Assembly (NCBI GenBank): GCA_026713485.1
Contig: JAPOOK010000036.1
Coordinates: 579-64,578, forward strand
Length of the DNA stretch: 64,000 nt
Origin: Chloroflexota bacterium
GTDB taxonomy: Bacteria; Chloroflexota; Dehalococcoidia; UBA6926
Direction of reading: 5' to 3'
Position 1 is the first letter of the stretch. The number at the start of each line of letters is the position of its first letter. The position numbers were made by a program, and so were the translations under genes. Below are positions 11,619 through 21,819 of the stretch, in pieces. The notes beneath the pieces were generated by a model. The model did not search any database, was not told the DNA's origin, and saw nothing but the letters and a program-made list of their open reading frames with translations.

Positions 11619-11954
11619 ATGACGCAGGCAAGAAAAACGCGACCGGAGAAGAACACCGTCAACTCATTTAACGCTGATGAGGAACGCGTGATGCTCGTTC
11701 TGGCATGGGCGGAGCGGTCCATGACTTTATCAGAGTTGTCGGCCAGCCTTGAGACCTCTGCGGAGGATCTACGCGAGGCGATGCGTTCGCTTTATCGACG
11801 TCAATTCCTCCTGATTTCACGGGGCATCGGGCAAATAAGAGATACGTATCTGCTTTCACAACCTGCCCGGGCGTATGTCCGCCGCCACCTGCTTCCAGAG
11901 ATGCCGCGCAAACTGCCAATCGAGACTCTCACTACCACGGGCAAGCAGCGCTAA
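11619..11954 (+). CDS. hypothetical small protein (possible winged-helix)
   Basis: 111-aa ORF with a plausible start. No recognisable family. Confidence 0.35.
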   Translation: MTQARKTRPEKNTVNSFNADEERVMLVLAWAERSMTLSELSASLETSAEDLREAMRSLYRRQFLLISRGIGQIRDTYLLSQPARAYVRRHLLPEMPRKLPIETLTTTGKQR

Positions 11955-12670
11955 AGATCCGCGTTGAACGCGAACCAGTTGACCCACCAATAGTAGGTGA
12001 TGTAGGCACCCGCGCCGATGAGCATGACCGGACTCGCCCACTCCACAATCGGCATCGCCTGGCGAATCACCACACGGATTAGGTCCTTGAAGACCGCCGC
12101 CCCTAGCGTCAAGCCAATCAGGCCCACGCCCATTCCCGCGCCATAGATCAGGAACATGATGAAGGCTGCATAGCCGCCGATGACCTGCCCCTGTGCGAGA
12201 ATCGCAAGGAAAATTGGGAACGTGCAGCTTAGCGTGGCCAACGCATAGGCCAGTCCAAACAGGAATATGGACACCAGCCCCTTACTTCCCGTTCCCCAGT
12301 TCACTCCAATGGTCGGAATAAGTGAGATGGAGCGCTTGTTTACCAGCATGAATACGACCATGTATACGCCTAACAGCACGAGCGCAATGCCGACGACTAT
12401 GGCGATGTAGGGCATGGCATCACGCAGGAAAGTGCCAAGTATGCCCCACACAACGCCGAATGTCCCAAACAGGAGCAGGAACGCAAGCGCTGCCGTGCCT
12501 CCGACAAGCATTGCCTGCCCAAGTCGAAGCGCAATGGGACGTTCCTCGTAACCTTCTTCGCGTGAACCGATGTAATAGCCGATGTATGCAGGCAGCATTG
12601 CCACGCCGCACGGGCTGGCCAGCGCGACAAATCCGGCGCTGAATGCAAAGGCAAAAGGTAGGTTGAACAT
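11951..12670 (-). CDS. ccdA: cytochrome c-type biogenesis / thiol-disulfide transporter CcdA (DsbD transmembrane-domain family)
   Basis: Six TM segments. Conserved ALASPCGVAMLPAYIGYY cysteine-containing first helix. Confidence 0.7.
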   Translation of the reverse strand: MFNLPFAFAFSAGFVALASPCGVAMLPAYIGYYIGSREEGYEERPIALRLGQAMLVGGTAALAFLLLFGTFGVVWGILGTFLRDAMPYIAIVVGIALVLLGVYMVVFMLVNKRSISLIPTIGVNWGTGSKGLVSIFLFGLAYALATLSCTFPIFLAILAQGQVIGGYAAFIMFLIYGAGMGVGLIGLTLGAAVFKDLIRVVIRQAMPIVEWASPVMLIGAGAYITYYWWVNWFAFNADL

Positions 12671-12766
12671 TAGCGACAGGCCCTCATATACAGAAAGTAT
12701 ACGAGGGCGGCATTATCCCTGTCGGCTTGTGCCGACGGGTGTGCGTTTGAGGTCGAGGCCGCTTGC

Positions 12767-13150
12767 CTAGGCGTTTACGGTCTCTTGGTCAATAACGGTG
12801 CAGGACATCAGGCGCTCTGCGGTCTCCGTAAGCATGGCGTCACCGAGAGCCAGGATGTCCCTTACACGCTGATCCGTTACCGAGTAAAAGACGTTGCGGC
12901 CACGCCGATCCGCGTCAACGAAACCACACCAGCGCAGGCAGGAAAGGTGGCTCGAAACACGGCCCTGTGGTGCCCCCAGCATCTCTACGAGTTCAGAGAC
13001 GCTGCGCTCTGAGTCCAGAAGAATGTGGAGGATTCGGAGCCTCGTTGGATCTCCAAGTCCGCGGAAGAATCGAGCCGCCGCCTCAGCGCCGGAAGGCGCA
13101 GCAATCATAGGGCCCGCTGGCGTGAGTGTTAGTACGTGCATTGCGCTCAT
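12767..13150 (-). CDS. ArsR/SmtB family transcriptional regulator
   Basis: HTH LGDPTRLRILHILLDSERSVSELVEMLGAPQGRVSSHLSCLRWCGFV. Start trimmed to the internal MSAM; the longer ORF reaches 13285. Confidence 0.65.
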   Translation of the reverse strand: MSAMHVLTLTPAGPMIAAPSGAEAAARFFRGLGDPTRLRILHILLDSERSVSELVEMLGAPQGRVSSHLSCLRWCGFVDADRRGRNVFYSVTDQRVRDILALGDAMLTETAERLMSCTVIDQETVNA

Positions 13151-13295
13151 TCTGAGAGTCCGTCCAATCCCATTTCTTCCGATCTTCCTACCCAATCCGT
13201 TCCAGGGGGCACACATAGAGCGACCCCACACGGAATGGACACCTCTAACTATATCGTATGTCGCAGCAGGAGCGTGCCCGTACAATTGAAAGCAG

Positions 13296-14462
13296 ATGCA
13301 CGCGCCGTATTTCTCTCAGACTCTCAGTCGACACCTGCTGGCCCCGTTGCGACAGGCGGCCATTCTCGCCATGGTCATCGTTGCCGTGCTGGCGGCAGCC
13401 TGCGCCGGCGAGCCAACTCCGACTCCCACGCCTGAACCCACCCCCACAAGCACGCCCACGGCGACACCCTCGCCAACCGCAATCCCAGGCCCAACGTCCG
13501 CCCACACGCCCCGCCCTATCAGCCTGCCCGCCGATGAAGCGCCCCACGCTGACCCGTTGGAGTGGTGGTACTACAGCGGCGTCATGGAGGATAAGGATGG
13601 AAGCGACTATGGATTCCATTTCGTGATATTCCAGGTGACGAATCCAGAGAACGGGGACACCGGTTACATGTCTCATGCGTCGGTGTTTGATATCGATGCC
13701 GACCATAGGGAGCAAGCCGTGCGTTTCGGGTTTGAATCGCAAGAGCAGCCGGCCTCCGGATTTGATTTCGCGATCTCCGATTGGACGCTAAGTGGCGACG
13801 CGGGAACACACTCGTTCGTCGCAACGACGGACAATTTCGCGTTCGATCTCACCGTGCAGACAACCAAGCCTGCGGTCCTCCATAACAGGACCGGCTACCT
13901 GGAGGCGCTGAATGGTTGGACCTATTACTACAGTTGGACAGACATGGACCTGCGCGGAACGCTCACCGTCAATGGGCAGGATCTGCACGTTACCGGCGAA
14001 GCCTGGATGGATCACCAATGGGGCGACTTTGTCGTCAGTGGATATCCAAGCGGCTGGCAGTGGTTTGCCGTCTCTACAGACAACAACTATGAGTTGATGG
14101 TGGCGGCTGCCCGCGAGTCTGACGGGCAAGTCATAACGTACAGCACGTTGGTCGACCCGTCCGGCGTGGCAACACACATTGACGGCGAAGACATCACAAT
14201 CGAAGTTCTAAGCGTATGGACAAGTCCTCACACGGGCGGGGAATACCCTGCGGGATGGCGTATCACTATCCCTCCGCATGACATCTCTATGACGCTCACA
14301 CCTCTGCTGGACGATCAGGAATTCACGCTCGCCTTTCCGCCGAACACCATTTACTGGGAAGGACTGACGGAAACCGACATTACTTTCCGTGGCGAGCCCG
14401 TCGGTGGTTCTGCTTACGTAGAACTTGTGGGGTACGCGCCGCCCCCGACGCCGACCCCCTGA
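13296..14462 (+). CDS. AttH/CrtC-like (hydroxyneurosporene-synthase-like, lipocalin-fold) lipoprotein
   Basis: Signal peptide plus lipobox LAAACAG. PT-rich linker. WWYYSGVMEDKDGSDYGFHFVIFQ and WMDHQWGDF motifs of the CrtC/AttH family. Confidence 0.6.
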   Translation: MHAPYFSQTLSRHLLAPLRQAAILAMVIVAVLAAACAGEPTPTPTPEPTPTSTPTATPSPTAIPGPTSAHTPRPISLPADEAPHADPLEWWYYSGVMEDKDGSDYGFHFVIFQVTNPENGDTGYMSHASVFDIDADHREQAVRFGFESQEQPASGFDFAISDWTLSGDAGTHSFVATTDNFAFDLTVQTTKPAVLHNRTGYLEALNGWTYYYSWTDMDLRGTLTVNGQDLHVTGEAWMDHQWGDFVVSGYPSGWQWFAVSTDNNYELMVAAARESDGQVITYSTLVDPSGVATHIDGEDITIEVLSVWTSPHTGGEYPAGWRITIPPHDISMTLTPLLDDQEFTLAFPPNTIYWEGLTETDITFRGEPVGGSAYVELVGYAPPPTPTP

Positions 14463-14492
14463 ATCGCTTTAAGCGCATTCCGTGAATCGACG

Positions 14493-15221
14493 CTATTCAT
14501 CGTCGTCTTCGTCTTCCATCCCGTACGTGCGGAAGGTTGCGCCCCAACGGTCTGAATGTTTGTACGTAAGATCCTCAAATTGGCCGGAGAATTGTGGCGT
14601 GTCGATAGGATCAGTCGTCATGATGTAGGCGTCCTCGTCGTTGTTTGAGTAATAGCGCTTGCGGCGTCCAACAATCTTGAAGCCGTATTTCTTATAGAGG
14701 TTCTGGGCGACTTCATTGGATACCCGAACCTCCAGGGTCACGGCGTGGCAATTGAGCAGCTTGCTCGCCTCCACCGCGCCAATGATGAGCAGTTCGCCGA
14801 TCCCCTGTCCTCGATGCGACTTGCGCACGCCTACGCTCGTCACGTGGCCCTCATCAATGACTGCCCACAGGCCGAGATAACCGGCAATCAACTCTTCAGT
14901 CGGGGGTGGCGCGTCTGTGCCTGCCCCGAGGAGCCGCTTGACAACGTTCGTAATGCCTCCGCCACGTCTCCGCCCGCTGCCTCCCGGTCTATCAGTAGGT
15001 GGAAGATCGTTCTTGCGGGCATAATCGTCATAGGGCGCATCATGGGCAACCGCAACCAGATAATGTGCATATTTTCGTTCACGCAGATCGCGTCGGAACG
15101 GAGGCGCGTACCTGTTCTCGGGAAACGCGTCGCGGTCTATCTGGACGGCCTGAGTGATATCGCCCTCATGCATGGGACGAAGGAGCCAAGGCATAGCGTC
15201 AAACGCGTCGTTGTCTATCAT
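14493..15221 (-). CDS. GNAT family N-acetyltransferase (RimI-like)
   Basis: Acetyl-CoA binding motif RGQGIGELLIIGAVE. Start trimmed to MIDND to avoid overlap with the sigma factor gene. Confidence 0.6.
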   Translation of the reverse strand: MIDNDAFDAMPWLLRPMHEGDITQAVQIDRDAFPENRYAPPFRRDLRERKYAHYLVAVAHDAPYDDYARKNDLPPTDRPGGSGRRRGGGITNVVKRLLGAGTDAPPPTEELIAGYLGLWAVIDEGHVTSVGVRKSHRGQGIGELLIIGAVEASKLLNCHAVTLEVRVSNEVAQNLYKKYGFKIVGRRKRYYSNNDEDAYIMTTDPIDTPQFSGQFEDLTYKHSDRWGATFRTYGMEDEDDDE

Positions 15222-15315
15222 TGATTTCTCGCCGTCTGCAAAAAGGATAAAGTGAAATCGACGCCAACGGGCAGCTAACCCTGAGAGGAACCTAAACGTT
15301 ATCTGGATGTAGTGA

Positions 15316-15930
15316 ATGAACCAGGAGACAGCACGCATTCACTCGGGGGCTGAAACACCACTGACTGATGATGACATCGCAGCCATTGTTCAGCAGGCCC
15401 AAAAGGGGGAGGCAGCGGCGTTTGGTCAACTCTATGAAATCTATTCCGACAGGGTCTTTCGTTACATCGCCTATCGCGTAGATAGTGACGCGGACGCGGA
15501 GGACATCACAGAGGATGTATTCATTCGCATGTTAGAGGCAATCGGAACATTCAAATGGAGGCAAGTGCCGTTCTCAGCGTGGCTCATGCGCATCGCGCAC
15601 AACCGCGTTATTGACTACTACCGTCGCAGTCGACTTCGGACTGCAACGCCGCTTGATGATGCGCCCCCCCTTCCCTCTCGTGATCGAGACCCGCAAGAAA
15701 GGGTGGACACATTTTCAGACCTCCAGGAACTGCGCGTGGCGATGGCCGGCCTTACGGATCTGCAGCGGCAGGTGATATCCCTGAGATTCGGCTCGGACCT
15801 GTCAATTTCTGAGACCGCTCACGTGATGAATCGCAACGAAGGCGCGGTGAAGGCGCTGCAGCACAGCGCGATTCGAGCATTGCGTCGGCTCATGTTGCCA
15901 AGGAATACGCAAGGCGGTGCAACACCATGA
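15316..15930 (+). CDS. RNA polymerase ECF-type sigma-70 factor
   Basis: Region 2 (YEIYSDRVFRYIAYRV, DAEDITEDVFIR) and region 4 (LQRQVISLRFGSDLSISETAHVMNRNEGAVKALQHSAIRALR). Confidence 0.8.
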   Translation: MNQETARIHSGAETPLTDDDIAAIVQQAQKGEAAAFGQLYEIYSDRVFRYIAYRVDSDADAEDITEDVFIRMLEAIGTFKWRQVPFSAWLMRIAHNRVIDYYRRSRLRTATPLDDAPPLPSRDRDPQERVDTFSDLQELRVAMAGLTDLQRQVISLRFGSDLSISETAHVMNRNEGAVKALQHSAIRALRRLMLPRNTQGGATP

Positions 15931-17309
15931 CCTCGCTGCCGCCTGACGACCCTGCCCTTTCGGAAATTGTGAATGAGTGCCTTGAGGCGCTCCGCCACGG
16001 TAATTCCATTGATGACTGCCTGAGCCGCCATCCGGACATCGCGGACGAGCTGCGCCCTCTGCTGGCAGCAGCTATGGCCATGACTGACGTTGCTCCAACC
16101 CGTGACGAATCAGCGCGGCGCTTGGCACACACGCGCTTTGAGGGCGCTGTGCGCCATCATCTCGCCACGAACCGGCGCATGACATCTGGGCGACTCTCAA
16201 TCCGTGAGTGGTGGAGCAATCGCGCCTCCGGGTGGACGCGCATCTGGGCAGTAGGATTCGCCTCTATGGCGCTTTTCGTCATCCTTAGTACGGGCGCTGC
16301 ATATGCCTCTACGGACGCGCTGCCCGATAGCCCACTCTATCCTGTAAAGCGCGCCACGGAGCACGCACGGCTCGCAATCACTTTCTCGGATGAAAGCAGG
16401 GCCATCTATTACCTGGAACTCATTGAACGACGCACTCTGGAGCTCGCAGCCGTCGTAGAGAACGGCGACCAGCGACAAGCAGAAGAGCTCAGCCGTGACG
16501 TGCTCAAGAACATCGAATTCGCTCGTGTGGAGGCCGGGTACACAGAGGCTGATGTTGAACAGCAACAGGAGGCCGAACAACAGTCTGATGCGATTAGTCA
16601 GCTGAGTTACGAGACGGCTGAGTCATCGATCACGCTTGCTGCTGACGATATTGAGAGGGTTTCCGCCGGAGTCAACAACATCGTGCAGATCCGTGTCGAT
16701 CCTCGTCGTCGCGCATACATCGAAGCCGAACGACAGACTGCCGCCCGAGCGTACGCAATGCTCCAGATCGCCCACCAGATCGCTCCGCCCCACGTTCAGG
16801 AGCATGTTGCCAATGCGTTGACCCTAGCAGAGCAACGCTATCGAACAACACGGTTCCCGGACGAACCCGCGCCGATCTCCCGCACTCTCTTCGTGCAAGG
16901 GATCGCCCGAATCACCGATCAAGGCATGACAATCAGCGGCAGGCTCCCGTTTGAAATCTCTCACAATGCCCTTGGTAATCGCCCGCCAGAGGATGGTGAT
17001 GCCGTAACCGTCGGAGGATACGTTCGCGATGATGGCGTGCTTCTTGTGCTGCGCCTCTATGCGTTCGAGGCGGAGGGGATTGCGGAGAATCAGATCTGGC
17101 TGCAAGCAGAGATGTTTGGCGCCAACGAAGAAAACCTCTTTATCCCCGGATTCAATATCTTGGTGGACGATTGGTCGCAGGTGGGGAGTTTGGTGAATAA
17201 ACCGGGCGGCTGGGTATACGTACAAGGAACGGTGAGCAACTACGGTGTAGTCGATGGGGAAGACATCCATCTGCTTGGGAACGGCCCCATTCTCTTCCCA
17301 CGTCCGTAA
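15927..17309 (+). CDS. putative anti-sigma factor / single-pass membrane protein
   Basis: 4-nt ATGA overlap with the ECF sigma gene. One TM helix (IWAVGFASMALFVILSTGAAYA) and a large extracytoplasmic domain. Confidence 0.5.
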   Translation: MTSLPPDDPALSEIVNECLEALRHGNSIDDCLSRHPDIADELRPLLAAAMAMTDVAPTRDESARRLAHTRFEGAVRHHLATNRRMTSGRLSIREWWSNRASGWTRIWAVGFASMALFVILSTGAAYASTDALPDSPLYPVKRATEHARLAITFSDESRAIYYLELIERRTLELAAVVENGDQRQAEELSRDVLKNIEFARVEAGYTEADVEQQQEAEQQSDAISQLSYETAESSITLAADDIERVSAGVNNIVQIRVDPRRRAYIEAERQTAARAYAMLQIAHQIAPPHVQEHVANALTLAEQRYRTTRFPDEPAPISRTLFVQGIARITDQGMTISGRLPFEISHNALGNRPPEDGDAVTVGGYVRDDGVLLVLRLYAFEAEGIAENQIWLQAEMFGANEENLFIPGFNILVDDWSQVGSLVNKPGGWVYVQGTVSNYGVVDGEDIHLLGNGPILFPRP

Positions 17310-17360
17310 CGCCTTCGTTTACAGCGAAGGCGGGCAAAGGTGACGTAACTCGCGCTATAC

Positions 17361-19190
17361 TTGGATGTTATGAACCGTCCCGCCCAAAAGTCGGGCGTTT
17401 GGTATAACGTTCGGATATTTCTGCGACTGCAGACCTTTCTCCTGCCGTATTGGCGTCGGGCAACACTCACGTACGTCCTGCTGTTCATCTCCAGCGCCAG
17501 TGCCCTGGTCATTCCGTGGCTCTTCGGACGGGCAGTCGATCGACTCGTTGAGCAGGCATCTTTAGGCATAATTCTCACCGTCGCCGGTTGGATTCTCGTT
17601 GCGGCCATCATTCGCGGCGCTACCTCATACGGTCAGAGCTATTTCAGCCAAGCCGTCTCCCAACTCGTCGCGTACGACTTGCGCAACACTATGTACGACC
17701 GATTCCAAAGACAGAGTTTCTCGTTCTTCGATACGTCAAGGACGGCTGAACTGATGTCACGGGCGACGGCAGACGTGGAGTCCGTACGGATGCTGATCAG
17801 TTTCGCGTTGGTCCGCATCGTGCAGGTCGCCGTGATGCTCTTGATGGTGACCGTCGTGCTGCTCCAGTCCAACTGGCAGCTGGCATTGGTAACCTTGGCC
17901 GTCTTGCCATTCATCGCCTATCGCACAACACGCACAAGCCGCCGCCTGCGCCCAGTCTGGCTCGCCGTACAGCAGGAGATGGCGGCCCTAAGCACCGTCC
18001 TCCAGGAGAGCCTGTCCGGGATGCGCGTCGTCAAGGCATTCGGACGCGAGAAAGAGGAGACGGAGCGTTTCAACAAGCAGGCATATACACTCTACGAGCG
18101 CAATGTCACGGCCAACGACGAGCAGGCACTCAACACGGCATTGATGACGTTCTCCGTCTACTTTGCCGCGGGAATCCAACTACTGTACGGCGGTTACATG
18201 GTCATGCAGGGTGAACTTACGCCCGGCGACCTCACTGCCTTCCTGTTCTACCTGCTAACGATTACGGTCTACATCCGCATGATCGGCTGGCTTGGAAACC
18301 CGCTCTCCCCCGCCGTCGCGTCCGGCGAGCGCATTTTCGAAATTCTGGACGCCCGTCCGGAGGTGCGCGAGAAGCAGGATGCCACTGATAACGCCGTTGT
18401 CGCCGGCCAGATCGCCTTCAACAACGTATCGTTCGGTTACGGCGGGCGGGATGATGTGCTGCAGGACGTAACTTTTGTGGCCGAGCCGGGACAGGTCATT
18501 GCAGTGGTCGGGGCGACGGGCAGCGGCAAAACAACCCTGGTCAGCTTGATTCCAAGGTTCTATGACCCGACACGTGGCGCAGTTGTCATCGACAGAGTGG
18601 ACGTGCGGAACATGACGCTCGACCACCTGCGAAGCTCAATCGGTCTCGTACAGCAGGATGTCTTTCTCTTCTCGGCAACGATACGCGACAACATTGCCTA
18701 CGGAGTGCCGGAAGCTCCGGAAGAGGAAATCATCGCCGCGGCCAGCGCGGCACGACTGGACAGCTTCATCCGCAGCCTGCCCGACCAATATGACACGTGG
18801 GTGGGCGAGCGTGGCATCAACCTTTCCGGCGGGCAGCGGCAGCGGCTCGCTATCGCCCGCCCGCTCTTGCTCGACCCGCGCATCCTGATCCTGGATGATT
18901 CCCTCTCCAGCGTGGACGCGGAAACGGAGAGATCAATCCAACAGGCGCTCGACCGCGTGATGGAAGGGCGGACCACAATCGTCGTCGCCCAGCGGTTGGC
19001 CAGCGTTCTACGAGCCGACCAGATTCTCGTGTTGGATGAGGGACGCATTGTCCAGCGCGGCACGCACGCAGAGCTCATCGCCTACCCAGGTCATTATCGG
19101 CAGATTTACGAACTGCAGCTGCGCCACCAAGAAGAAGCGTTTGAAGCCGCTCCTGAAGGGATTACAGCCGGCGGAGGTTCACGGCCATGA
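17361..19190 (+). CDS. ABC transporter permease/ATP-binding protein (type I exporter half)
   Basis: Six-TM N-terminal domain. Walker A GATGSGKTT, signature LSGGQRQR, Walker B ILILDDSLSSVD. Confidence 0.85.
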   Translation: MDVMNRPAQKSGVWYNVRIFLRLQTFLLPYWRRATLTYVLLFISSASALVIPWLFGRAVDRLVEQASLGIILTVAGWILVAAIIRGATSYGQSYFSQAVSQLVAYDLRNTMYDRFQRQSFSFFDTSRTAELMSRATADVESVRMLISFALVRIVQVAVMLLMVTVVLLQSNWQLALVTLAVLPFIAYRTTRTSRRLRPVWLAVQQEMAALSTVLQESLSGMRVVKAFGREKEETERFNKQAYTLYERNVTANDEQALNTALMTFSVYFAAGIQLLYGGYMVMQGELTPGDLTAFLFYLLTITVYIRMIGWLGNPLSPAVASGERIFEILDARPEVREKQDATDNAVVAGQIAFNNVSFGYGGRDDVLQDVTFVAEPGQVIAVVGATGSGKTTLVSLIPRFYDPTRGAVVIDRVDVRNMTLDHLRSSIGLVQQDVFLFSATIRDNIAYGVPEAPEEEIIAAASAARLDSFIRSLPDQYDTWVGERGINLSGGQRQRLAIARPLLLDPRILILDDSLSSVDAETERSIQQALDRVMEGRTTIVVAQRLASVLRADQILVLDEGRIVQRGTHAELIAYPGHYRQIYELQLRHQEEAFEAAPEGITAGGGSRP

Positions 19191-21070
19191 TGGGTGGCGG
19201 AGGCGGAGGAGGATACGGCCAGTACGACGGCTGGGACGATGAGAATCTCGGCGCTGTCTATGACCGGAGCATCCTTGTCAGGCTGATACCGTACATTGGC
19301 CAATTCAAGCTGTGGGCGACGATTGCCGTCATCGGGATGTTGGCAGCCACGTTCAGCAGCGTCGCCATGCCGCTATTCATCGGCCTCACCGTCGACACAG
19401 CCATTGCAACAGGCAACACTACGCGCCTTGTGTGGATGGCCGGCCTCTTCTTCGGGCTTGTCGTGATTAATGCCATCGGTCTCTGGCTCCAGTCACGCTA
19501 CATGGCCAAGGTGGCTCATGCGATGCTGGTCAATATCCGTACTCAGCTATTTGGGCACCTTCAGAAGCAATCCTTGGGCTTCTACGACAAACAGCAGGTG
19601 GGACGGCTAATGTCCCGAGTCGTTAGCGACGTCGAGCAGATTCAGCAGGTCATGACCGGCGGAGTCATCGGGACAATCAGCGACGTTCTAACGCTGGTCG
19701 GCATCGTCGTCATCATGCTCGTCATGGATTGGTCGCTTGCCGTCGTCACTCTGAGTGTTGTTCCCGCACTAATCGTCATTTCAATCTTCTGGCAAAGGCG
19801 TGCCCGTGTAGCGTTCCTGCGTGTGCGGCGCGCAATCTCCGTGGTGAACGGCAGTTTGCAGGAGAACGTTTCCGGGGTACGCGTCGTTCAAAGCATGAAC
19901 CGTGAAGACGAAAACATGCGTCGATTTGACAATATCAACCACGATCACCTTGACGCTAACCTTCGCGCTTCTCGCTTGACCGCCGGCATGTTCCCTGCGG
20001 TGGAGATCATGGTGGGCATCTCCATGGCCATCGTAATCATCTATGGAGGATGGCAGGTGCTGCAGGGCGCTCTGACAGTTGGTTTCCTGGTAGCGTTCAC
20101 GTTGTGGGTACAGCGGTTCTTTGATCCCATCCGGAACATCACTATGCAATACACAGAGCTCCAGCGCGCCATGGCGTCCGGCCAGCGCATCTTTGAGTTG
20201 CTGGACACCCAGCCCCAGGTAGCAGATAAAGACGACGCGCAACCGATACCGCCTATCACCGGGCGGGTCACATTCGAGAACGTTTCGTTCTCATACGCGG
20301 ATGACATTCCCGTACTGCGAAATGTCTCGCTTGATGCGGAGCCCGGTGAAACTATTGCCCTCGTCGGCGAGACAGGCGCAGGCAAAACCACGTTTGTCAG
20401 CCTCATCGCGCGCTTCTACGACGTGACACGCGGCCGCCTGACCATCGATGGCCTTGACGTGCGAGACGTGCAACACGAGAGCCTCGCGCATCAGATGGGA
20501 ATCGTGCCGCAGGAGCCGTTCCTGTTCTCCGATACTATCGAGGCGAATATACGCTTCGGAAAGCCTGACGCGACACGCGCGGAGGTGGAGGCGGCGGCGC
20601 GCGGGGCCGGATTGCACGAAATCATCATGCACATGGATAACGGCTACGACACGGAGTTGCAGGAGCGTGGGGCGAACCTCAGCGTGGGCCACCGACAGCT
20701 CGTCAGCTTCGCCCGCGCCATCCTTGCAGACCCTCGCATCCTGATTCTCGATGAGGCGACGGCCAACATCGATACACGTACAGAGGCCCGCATCCAGGAC
20801 GCGCTGCGACGGCTCTTGCCGGGCCGCACGTCGTTCGTCATCGCCCACCGCCTCTCCACCATTCGTGAGGCATCGCGCATCGTTGTGATGGACAATGGCT
20901 CAATCGTGGAAATCGGCACGCACAATCAACTGCTGGCCAACGATGGCATCTACGCCCGCCTCAACGCCATCTCCTACGGCGCGGAAGCGACAAACGGCCA
21001 CATCACCGCCCCATCCGCTGCCCTCCCCGCCCCCGCAGGCGGCGCAGAGGACTCTGCAGAAGATAAATGA
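19187..21070 (+). CDS. ABC transporter permease/ATP-binding protein (partner of the heterodimeric exporter), Gly-rich N-terminal extension
   Basis: Walker A GETGAGKTT, LSVGHRQL, ILILDEATANID. 4-nt overlap with the upstream half. N-terminus MMGGGGGGGYGQYDGWDD. Confidence 0.85.
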   Translation: MMGGGGGGGYGQYDGWDDENLGAVYDRSILVRLIPYIGQFKLWATIAVIGMLAATFSSVAMPLFIGLTVDTAIATGNTTRLVWMAGLFFGLVVINAIGLWLQSRYMAKVAHAMLVNIRTQLFGHLQKQSLGFYDKQQVGRLMSRVVSDVEQIQQVMTGGVIGTISDVLTLVGIVVIMLVMDWSLAVVTLSVVPALIVISIFWQRRARVAFLRVRRAISVVNGSLQENVSGVRVVQSMNREDENMRRFDNINHDHLDANLRASRLTAGMFPAVEIMVGISMAIVIIYGGWQVLQGALTVGFLVAFTLWVQRFFDPIRNITMQYTELQRAMASGQRIFELLDTQPQVADKDDAQPIPPITGRVTFENVSFSYADDIPVLRNVSLDAEPGETIALVGETGAGKTTFVSLIARFYDVTRGRLTIDGLDVRDVQHESLAHQMGIVPQEPFLFSDTIEANIRFGKPDATRAEVEAAARGAGLHEIIMHMDNGYDTELQERGANLSVGHRQLVSFARAILADPRILILDEATANIDTRTEARIQDALRRLLPGRTSFVIAHRLSTIREASRIVVMDNGSIVEIGTHNQLLANDGIYARLNAISYGAEATNGHITAPSAALPAPAGGAEDSAEDK

Positions 21071-21081
21071 CGGGGCTCAGG

Positions 21082-21645
21082 CTACGCCTTTAGGTATTCC
21101 GCCAGCCTCTCCAACGCTGCTTTCCAGTACGCCCGCCGCTCCTCCACATCTTCGGAATCCGCGAGCTTTGACTGCATCACTGTGATACGGCTCTTGGTGT
21201 CCCCGCTCGCGTAGTAACTGATATCGACGCTCGTTTCAGTGCCGTCGCCGTCCGTCCACGTCGTGCGAGTCGTTTTCTCTGGCGTGTCTTTGCGAATGGT
21301 GATCGGCGCTTCCGGCAGCCATTGGCCCCTGTTCTGAGTATCTGCGAACGCGCTATAGAGTACCGAGAGTGGCACCGGGAGTGTCTTGCTCACGCTGACC
21401 TGGTAACCGCGCGTGGTCTGATGCCGCTCTCGCATCCCACGCGCCCGCTCATAGTCAACGGTTACGTGCTGGCTCCACCACGGAGACACGCCGTGCTCCT
21501 CCCGGAGCATCGTGGCGATCTCCTTGTGCGTCAGGTCCTGCGCCCCCGCGGCATCCAGGATGGAATTCCACTCCTCCGGGGCCTTGCCCGTGGCCCTAAC
21601 AACAGCCTCCGGAGAGGCTTCTGAACGATTCTTCCGAGTAGCCAT
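21082..21645 (-). CDS. DUF4287-like domain protein with C-terminal SRPBCC/AHSA1-like region
   Basis: GKAPEEW...LTHKEIATMLREEHGVSPWW resembles DUF4287. The assignment is tentative. Confidence 0.4.
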   Translation of the reverse strand: MATRKNRSEASPEAVVRATGKAPEEWNSILDAAGAQDLTHKEIATMLREEHGVSPWWSQHVTVDYERARGMRERHQTTRGYQVSVSKTLPVPLSVLYSAFADTQNRGQWLPEAPITIRKDTPEKTTRTTWTDGDGTETSVDISYYASGDTKSRITVMQSKLADSEDVEERRAYWKAALERLAEYLKA

Positions 21646-21723
21646 GGGTTCAGTTTAGCGCAGCGCGATCCCTTCCCCCATTGACCCCCTCCCCACCCTC
21701 CCATAAAGTGGAATTAGCTACCG

Positions 21724-21741
21724 ACCGACTGGTCAGTCGGT
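21724..21741. promoter_or_regulatory. perfect palindrome ACCGACTG-GT-CAGTCGGT in the divergent intergenic region upstream of the TetR gene
   Basis: 8-bp inverted arms with a 2-bp spacer read directly from the sequence, about 80 nt upstream of the TetR start. Confidence 0.45.
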
Positions 21742-21819
21742 TACGGTCGGAGGACGAAAATCTTATCCAAGAACTCAACGAACGGAAGAGGGCGCACTGA
21801 TGGCGCGTCTGACGGCCAC

